Source: Burkholderiales bacterium
Lineage (GTDB): Bacteria; Pseudomonadota; Gammaproteobacteria; Burkholderiales; SG8-41
NCBI GenBank assembly: GCA_030683105.1
Contig: JAUXMZ010000069.1
Location: 11,665-75,664, forward strand
Direction of reading: 5' to 3'
DNA: 64,000 bases
The notes below the pieces were generated by a model that saw only the letters and a list, made by a program, of their open reading frames with translations, was not told where the DNA came from and made no database searches. Made by a program: the position numbers and the translations under genes. This document shows positions 57,926-64,000 of the stretch, piece by piece (the first letter of the stretch is position 1; the number at the start of each line of letters is the position of its first letter).

Positions 57926-60133
57926 TTACATCGCTGGCTCAACTGCAAAGCTTGCAGGCAGTTCCCCCCGCTGATAACGCTCCCACATCGTCACGTAAGC
58001 CGCCTCGATATGGCGCCGGAACCGGTCGGTGTCGAACAGGGGATAGGTCGTGCGATGGGCGGCCAGCTTGGCTCTGATACCGGCTAACATGTCAGGTGTC
58101 GTGGCAAGTTTGAACGCCAGCGCTTCGTATTCTTCCAGGCCGCGGGTAATCAGTTCTGACAAGCCAACAGCATTGAGCAGACTGGCGGTCACCCGCCCGG
58201 CAAACGCATTTCCCGCGCACCCGAGAACGGGTAAACCCGCCCATAGCGCATCGCTGGCGGTGGTGTGCGCGTTGTACGGCAGCGTGTCCAAAAACAAATC
58301 GGCCAGCCGGTGGCGCGCGAGATGCTCCTCCAGCTTCATGCGGGGGGCAAACACCAGCCGCTGCGGCGCCACACCCCTGCGCTCCGCCTCATGCCGCAGA
58401 TTGCGCGCCGCCACCGCATTGTCTTCCAGCAGCCACAGTACGCTGCCCTTGGCCTGATGCAACAGCCGCATCCAGACCTCGAATGTTTGAGGGGTGATCT
58501 TGTAATTGTTGTTAAAGCAGCAGAATACAAAGCCCGTCTCCGGCAGCCCGCACTCTGCGCGCGTGGGCGTGCGCTCCGCAATGCCGCGCCCGGCATCATT
58601 GACCTGGTAGCTGTCGGGCAGACAGACAATTTTTTCCGTGTAGTACCCGTGATGCGCTGGCGGGACGACATGGCGGTCCGCAAGGATGTAGTCCATATAG
58701 TCCGCAGCCATCGTGCCCGGATAGCCCAGGTAATTGACCTGTATCGGCGCCGGGCGGTGCGCCAGGATGCCGGCGCGGGAGTCAACCGTAAATCCCTTCA
58801 GATCAACCGCAATATCGATTTCCATTTCCCGCAGCAGCTTTGCCACTTCAAGATCGCTTTTGTTACGGCAGTCGATGAAATGCCCGAAGGCGGCGCGCAG
58901 CCTGGCCCGCATGTCATCAGCCGCATCCGGGCCGAATGATATTGCCGTGGTCTCGAACCGATCCTTGTCGTGCGCCTCGAACAGTCCCGCCATCAGATAA
59001 GCGGTCGCGTGATTGTGAAAATCCCCCGACAAATACGCCACGCGTATCCGGTCGTGCCGGTAACGCCGGCCTGTCCACAACGGCGCTGCTGGAGGATATT
59101 TGTCGGCAACATAAGTCCGCGCGCACAGCAACTGATCCGCGGCCGAATCCGAGATGGCGAGAAACGAAAACGGGATATCCACTTTCATCCCCTCTCTCAC
59201 GCCCTGAATAATGCGCGCTGCATCTTGCGCATAGCCCGTCCAATCGCAGCAATACAACTGCGACTGAAACATCAGACCCAGCGCGTAATCCCAGTCAGGC
59301 GCGATCTCGAGCAGCCGTGCGACGCACTTGGCGGCATCTTCATGCCGTTTCAATTCCCGCAACACATTGCCGCGATTATTGAGCGCCGGGAGATGATCCG
59401 GGTGCATCACGAGCACCTTGTCAAAACAGGCCAGCGCCTCCTCGTAGCGTCCCAAATCCTGCAACACATTGCCGCGGTTGTTCAGCGCATCTGCGTAATC
59501 AGGCTCGATAGCCAGCGCCTGGTCGAGACTGGCCAGCGCTTCTTCACAGCGTTTCAGCTCCCGCAGGGTGTTGCCGCGGTTGTTATGCAGCATCGCCACC
59601 TGCGGCATCAGCTTGAGCGCCTGCTCGTAACTCGCCAGCGCCTCGTCGTAGCGCTTCAGATCGTGCAGCGCATTGCCGCGATTGGTCAGCACCTCGGGGC
59701 GGCCCGGAACCTGCGCCAGCACCCGATCGTAACTTGCCACCGCCTCCTCATGCCGCCTAAGCTGGGTAAGCACGTTGCCGCGGCTATAACTCGCCTCGGG
59801 ATAGTTCGGGACCAGCGCCAGCGCCTGACCGTAACTTTGCAAAGCAGCTTCAGGTTGGCCTGCCGCCGCTTGTATGTGCCCCAGATTCAGATGCGCTTCT
59901 GCCGATTGGGGATCGATCTTCACCGCTGCACCGATCAATTCGAGCGCTTCCTCGTACCGCCCCCCCTGCGCCTTGATCATTCCCAGGTAGTGCAGGGCGT
60001 CAAAATTCCGCGCATCCTGGGCCAGCACCTGCCGGTAACACACTTCAGCTTCATCCGGCTTGCCCGCCTGGTGCAATTCCATACCGCGCTTCAGCGCACC
60101 GGCAATATCCTTGGTTGCGGGATTTTGAGGCAT
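57926..60133 (-). CDS. TPR + GT41 O-GlcNAc transferase (SPINDLY-like)
   Basis: NNRGN TPR repeats; RVAYLSGDFHNH, YLGYPGT, CFNNNYKI, DTLPYNAHTT. Confidence 0.9.
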   Translation of the reverse strand: MPQNPATKDIAGALKRGMELHQAGKPDEAEVCYRQVLAQDARNFDALHYLGMIKAQGGRYEEALELIGAAVKIDPQSAEAHLNLGHIQAAAGQPEAALQSYGQALALVPNYPEASYSRGNVLTQLRRHEEAVASYDRVLAQVPGRPEVLTNRGNALHDLKRYDEALASYEQALKLMPQVAMLHNNRGNTLRELKRCEEALASLDQALAIEPDYADALNNRGNVLQDLGRYEEALACFDKVLVMHPDHLPALNNRGNVLRELKRHEDAAKCVARLLEIAPDWDYALGLMFQSQLYCCDWTGYAQDAARIIQGVREGMKVDIPFSFLAISDSAADQLLCARTYVADKYPPAAPLWTGRRYRHDRIRVAYLSGDFHNHATAYLMAGLFEAHDKDRFETTAISFGPDAADDMRARLRAAFGHFIDCRNKSDLEVAKLLREMEIDIAVDLKGFTVDSRAGILAHRPAPIQVNYLGYPGTMAADYMDYILADRHVVPPAHHGYYTEKIVCLPDSYQVNDAGRGIAERTPTRAECGLPETGFVFCCFNNNYKITPQTFEVWMRLLHQAKGSVLWLLEDNAVAARNLRHEAERRGVAPQRLVFAPRMKLEEHLARHRLADLFLDTLPYNAHTTASDALWAGLPVLGCAGNAFAGRVTASLLNAVGLSELITRGLEEYEALAFKLATTPDMLAGIRAKLAAHRTTYPLFDTDRFRRHIEAAYVTMWERYQRGELPASFAVEPAM

Positions 60134-60153
60134 CAAGACTCCTGAAAAGAAAA

Positions 60154-62772
60154 CTACGCTATAACCTCGACCGCAAAACTCTGCGGCGGCTCGCCGCGCT
60201 GATGGCGCTCCCACATCGTGATGTAGGCCGCCTCGATATGGCGGCGGAAACGATCCGTGTCGAACAGGGGATAGGTCGCGCGATGCTCAGCCAGCTTGGC
60301 ACGGATGGCAGCAAGCTTCTCGGTATCCCCGGCCAATTCCAGCGCCAGCGCTTCATAGTCGCGCAGATTTTCAGTGATCAGTTCCGGCAGGCCCACGGCA
60401 TGGAGCAGGCTGCCCGCCATGCGTGATGCAAACGCTTCTCCAGTGCAAGTCAGCACCGGCACGCCGGCCCACAGGGCATCACTGGCCGTTGTGCCCGCAT
60501 TAAAAGGCAATGTGTCCAGAAACAGGTCCGCCAACCGGTAGCGGGCATAGTAATCCCCCAGACTCGACCACTGCGAGAATACCAGCCGTTCCGGAGCAAC
60601 GCCGCGCCGCTCAGCCTCCTGCCGCAAATTGCACGAAGCTACCTCGTAACTTTCAATCAACCACAGCACGCTGCCCTCAACTCGCAGCAGCAACCGCATC
60701 CAGACATCGAAGATCTGCGGTGCGATCTTGTAGGGGTTGTTAAAGCAGCAGAAGACGAACCCGGATCGAGGCAGGCCACATTCCGTGCGGGTGGGCGTGA
60801 GTCCTGCAATGCGGCGCTTGTCATCGTTGACCTGGTAGGTCTCTGGCAAATACACGACCTTTTCGGCGTAATCAGCCCGGTGCTCTGGCGGGATAACGTA
60901 GCGGTCGGCCAAAATGTAGTCGATATAGTCCGCACCCATGGTGCCGGGAAAACCCAGATAGTTGATCTGAATCGGCGCCGGGCGTTGTGCCAATATTCCG
61001 GTGCGGCAGTCGGTGGTGTACCCCATCAGATCCACCGCAATGTCCACCTCCATCTCACGCATCAACGCCGCCACCCCGGAGTCGCTCATCCCGCTGACGT
61101 CCACAAACCGGCCAAATGCCGCGGCAACCCGCCGCCCCATCTCGCTGTCTTCCCGGGGCCGGAACGACAGCGCAATCGTCTCGAAGCGCACCTGGTCATG
61201 TCTCTCAAACAAGCCTGCCATCAAATACGACACCGCGTGCCCCCGGAGATCCCCAGACAAATACGCCACACGTATCCGATGATGCCGATACCGCTCGCCA
61301 GACCACGGTGGCTTGCCTAAGGCAGGATACTTGTCAGCCGCATATGTGCGCGCACACATCAATTGTTCCGCTGCCGAGTCCGATATTGCAAGAAAGTAGA
61401 GCGGGAAGGTGATTTTTTTCCCCTCGTTTATCCCCTGTACGACACGTTGCACATTGTTTTCAAAATCGCCCCAGTCACAGCAGACTATTTTTGCCTCCAT
61501 CATGAGCCCTGCTGCATAGGGCCAATCGGGCGCCAAGCTGACCAAGCGTTCCATAACTTGAGCAGCTCCGTCGTATCGCCTGAGATCACGCAGTACGTTA
61601 CTGAGATTAAAAAGTGCCGCAGTGTTGCCCGGATCAAGCATGAGCGCTTTTTCATAATCTGCCACGCATTCTACGTAGCGGCCAAGGTCCCGCATGACAT
61701 TGCCGCGACTGGTCAGACCGTCGGGCCACCCAGGATCGAGCGCCAGCGCACGCTCCAAACTCACCAGAGCTTCCCCGTATCGCTTCAGACGGCGCAATGC
61801 CTTGCTTCGATTGACCAGGGCTTCCACGCTTACGGGCTCCAGCGCCAGCGCGCGCTCCGCACTTAACAACGCTTCTTCATGCCGGTCCATCTCCATCAGC
61901 GAGATGGCGCGGTTGTTGATGGCCACCACAGCATCGGGCTGCAATGCCAGGATGCGGTCAAAGGCCGTCAACGCCTCGGCATGCCGCCCCAGATCCTGCA
62001 GCACAGTGCTGCGGTTGTTGAGCGTTGCCACATGAGCTGGATAGGATGCGAGCACCCGGTCAAAATCCGCCAGCGCCTCATCGTAGCGCTTCAGATTCCG
62101 CAGCACAGTGCCACGGTTGATCAGCGCATCCGGGTAACCGGGCTTAAGTTCGAGTGCCTGCTCCAGGCTCGCCAGCGCTTCCCCATACCGCCCCAGCTCC
62201 CGCAATGTATTGCCGCGGTTGCTGTGCAGCATCGCCTCCCCCGGCACTAGTGCAAGCGCCCGATCAAAGCTCGCCAGCGCCTCCTCGTAACGACCGAGAC
62301 CATGGAGGACATTGCCACGGTTATTCAGCACCTCAGGCCAGTCCGGCGCCAGTGCCAATGCCCGGTCATAACTCGCCACAGCTTCCTCATGCCGGTCCAG
62401 TTTTCGCAGCGCGATGCCGCGGCCATTCAGGGCTTCGGGATACTGCGGCTTGATCGCCAGTGCCCGGTCATAACTCTGTAGTGCCGCCTCCGGATTGTCC
62501 GAGGCAAGTTGCACGCGTCCGAGGTTGGCATGTGCCTCCGCAGCATCCGGCCGCACGTTTGCGGCAGATTCCAGCCACTTGAGCGCTTCGTTAAAGTCGC
62601 CGCCCTGCGCCCGCGCCAGCCCCAAATGCAGCAGCGCATCGAAATGGCGCGGCTCGCGTGCCAGCACTTGCCGGTATAGCGCTTCCGCCTCCTGCAGATT
62701 CCCTGCCCGGTGCAACTCCAGGCCGCGCCTCAGCGCACAGGCAACATTCCTGGACTCAGTGTTTCGGGACAT
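60154..62772 (-). CDS. TPR + GT41 O-GlcNAc transferase (SPINDLY-like), paralog
   Basis: Longer TPR array; RVAYLSGD, YLGFPGT, CFNNPYKI, DTLPFNAGTT. Confidence 0.9.
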   Translation of the reverse strand: MSRNTESRNVACALRRGLELHRAGNLQEAEALYRQVLAREPRHFDALLHLGLARAQGGDFNEALKWLESAANVRPDAAEAHANLGRVQLASDNPEAALQSYDRALAIKPQYPEALNGRGIALRKLDRHEEAVASYDRALALAPDWPEVLNNRGNVLHGLGRYEEALASFDRALALVPGEAMLHSNRGNTLRELGRYGEALASLEQALELKPGYPDALINRGTVLRNLKRYDEALADFDRVLASYPAHVATLNNRSTVLQDLGRHAEALTAFDRILALQPDAVVAINNRAISLMEMDRHEEALLSAERALALEPVSVEALVNRSKALRRLKRYGEALVSLERALALDPGWPDGLTSRGNVMRDLGRYVECVADYEKALMLDPGNTAALFNLSNVLRDLRRYDGAAQVMERLVSLAPDWPYAAGLMMEAKIVCCDWGDFENNVQRVVQGINEGKKITFPLYFLAISDSAAEQLMCARTYAADKYPALGKPPWSGERYRHHRIRVAYLSGDLRGHAVSYLMAGLFERHDQVRFETIALSFRPREDSEMGRRVAAAFGRFVDVSGMSDSGVAALMREMEVDIAVDLMGYTTDCRTGILAQRPAPIQINYLGFPGTMGADYIDYILADRYVIPPEHRADYAEKVVYLPETYQVNDDKRRIAGLTPTRTECGLPRSGFVFCCFNNPYKIAPQIFDVWMRLLLRVEGSVLWLIESYEVASCNLRQEAERRGVAPERLVFSQWSSLGDYYARYRLADLFLDTLPFNAGTTASDALWAGVPVLTCTGEAFASRMAGSLLHAVGLPELITENLRDYEALALELAGDTEKLAAIRAKLAEHRATYPLFDTDRFRRHIEAAYITMWERHQRGEPPQSFAVEVIA

Positions 62773-63146
62773 GAATATGGATGATGAAATCGTAAATGCT
62801 ATTTTCGATTGCGGGGCTGCTTCGGCGTGCCCGCTTTGCTTTTAGCAACCAAATATTTTATCAAGCCCGACCAGCAAAAAAGTCCGCTCCAGCCGGCGAA
62901 AGAATACAGGGAGCGCGGAAATCCCGAGATGTTTTTTTGAAGCAACCATCCAAACCATCGGACGCGCACTTTGTTCACGCGCCCGCCGGGCAGCGCCCGG
63001 TGCATGGCTGCGCATATCAAACCCATGCGATCATACTCAAGCTTGGCTCAATCGGTGACTTGCCCAGCACATCAAGGAAAAACAACACTACTCCAATCGC
63101 AGGCCTGGATCATTGCCCCGTGATTTTCGCCACTGACGCCACCTTG

Positions 63147-63821
63147 CTAGTTCCCCCACTTTTCGATATACGCACGATATTTCTCAGTCCATTGCGCCGT
63201 ACCGAATGCGCCACTGCTCTGGTGTGTCAGGCAGATCGGCCATGTTCCCAGGCGCAATCCGCATTGTCTTGCGCTACGGCAAAAATCCATGTCGTAGAAA
63301 TGAAAATCAAAACGCGGGTCAAACAACACCCCGTTAGATTTCAGGGCCGATTTCTTGGCGGCCAGGAAAACACCATCCAGGAGTTCGCAAGCAGCAGGGA
63401 CTTTTCCATAATTAGAAATTGAGCCAAACGGCATTTTCCCGTGCGCAACAGACCCGCTGAGGTTGGCTTTGTCATCCCAGGTAAAGCTGGTGTCCAAAAA
63501 TGCCCAAGCAGGTTGGTGTGGGACTTTGTGCTTATTGCCTGCAACGCCAATCACATCATATGTCCGCATTCCTTCGATGATCCGATCTGAAAGAAAATAG
63601 TCGTCAATCCAGACGTCGTCATGAATGAAGACGAGTATGTCATTGCTGTCCCCTGCCGATATGCGTTCATTATAAATCTCGGGCAGGCCACGACGGTTTG
63701 CAAAAGCTACCCGCGGAACCAGCCGATTATCATACTCAAGGCGTCGCAGTGAAATGCCCAGCGCAGATCCGCTCCAGAAATCGCTTTCTGACAATCTTGT
63801 CGCGCTGACGATATCAATCAT
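63147..63821 (-). CDS. GT-A fold glycosyltransferase-like protein
   Basis: VFIHDDV, IGVAG, LLDGVF, FDFHFYDMDFC; AT-richer than the core genes. Confidence 0.75.
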   Translation of the reverse strand: MIDIVSATRLSESDFWSGSALGISLRRLEYDNRLVPRVAFANRRGLPEIYNERISAGDSNDILVFIHDDVWIDDYFLSDRIIEGMRTYDVIGVAGNKHKVPHQPAWAFLDTSFTWDDKANLSGSVAHGKMPFGSISNYGKVPAACELLDGVFLAAKKSALKSNGVLFDPRFDFHFYDMDFCRSARQCGLRLGTWPICLTHQSSGAFGTAQWTEKYRAYIEKWGN

Positions 63822-64000
63822 GAAGGATACCAGTAGGGGGTTGTCAAAAAAATTTTGTTTGCCCGGAATTTCAGGTCACGCCTAGGGGAATACGTTCCCT
63901 GGACTGGATGGCAAACCAATGCAGCGCCGCCTTCCATTCGCCGAGGAACGGCCGCTGATTCCCAACCGGCTTGCAAAGGCTCATGTTAACCGCCTCGTTG

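Noticed and set aside
59340-62460. Repeated DNA segments within GT41 genes as a DGR template/variable pair
   Set aside because: Explained by TPR repeats and paralogy; no reverse transcriptase in the window and no adenine-specific mismatch pattern noticed

Overview
High-GC betaproteobacterial chromosome segment (inferred from gene content and order), mostly conserved housekeeping genes. These include a 5'-truncated double-length uvrA, pirin, a GGDEF protein, usp, pdxH, PiT/DUF47, two msrA, tyrS-M23-anmK, erpA-bactofilin-argC, rplM-rpsI, coq7, rpe-gph-trpEGDC, apaG, mltA, dsbC, a UbiH-family hydroxylase, tRNA-Met(CAT), miaB-phoH-ybeY-corC-lnt, glyQS-gmhB-plsC, lysA, an ECF sigma/anti-sigma pair, an Lpd-like flavoprotein, mgtE and a porin. 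The window ends in an accessory block with two toxin-antitoxin pairs, two TPR-GT41 O-GlcNAc-transferase-like genes and a glycosyltransferase. The most striking non-housekeeping signal is a dense population of small repeat elements. (i) A GxxExxY PD-(D/E)XK nuclease-like gene is bracketed by inverted arms of 9-bp tandem repeats (GC-CACAGAGnn), and two gene-less copies of the same element occur at 24138 and 52783, suggesting an autonomous/non-autonomous mobile pair. (ii) At least eight loci carry 7-bp tandem arrays, mostly as inverted arm pairs, three of them in frame in uvrA and lnt. (iii) CCCTCCCC/GGGGAGGG hairpin elements and TAG-flanked MITE-like elements are also present. Other observations: an unannotated 19-aa Lys/Ala microprotein unit, a Trp-codon leader peptide before trpE, and a deletion remnant of a lipoprotein gene upstream of the ECF sigma. 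All calls come from reading the sequence and recalled family motifs; no searches were run.
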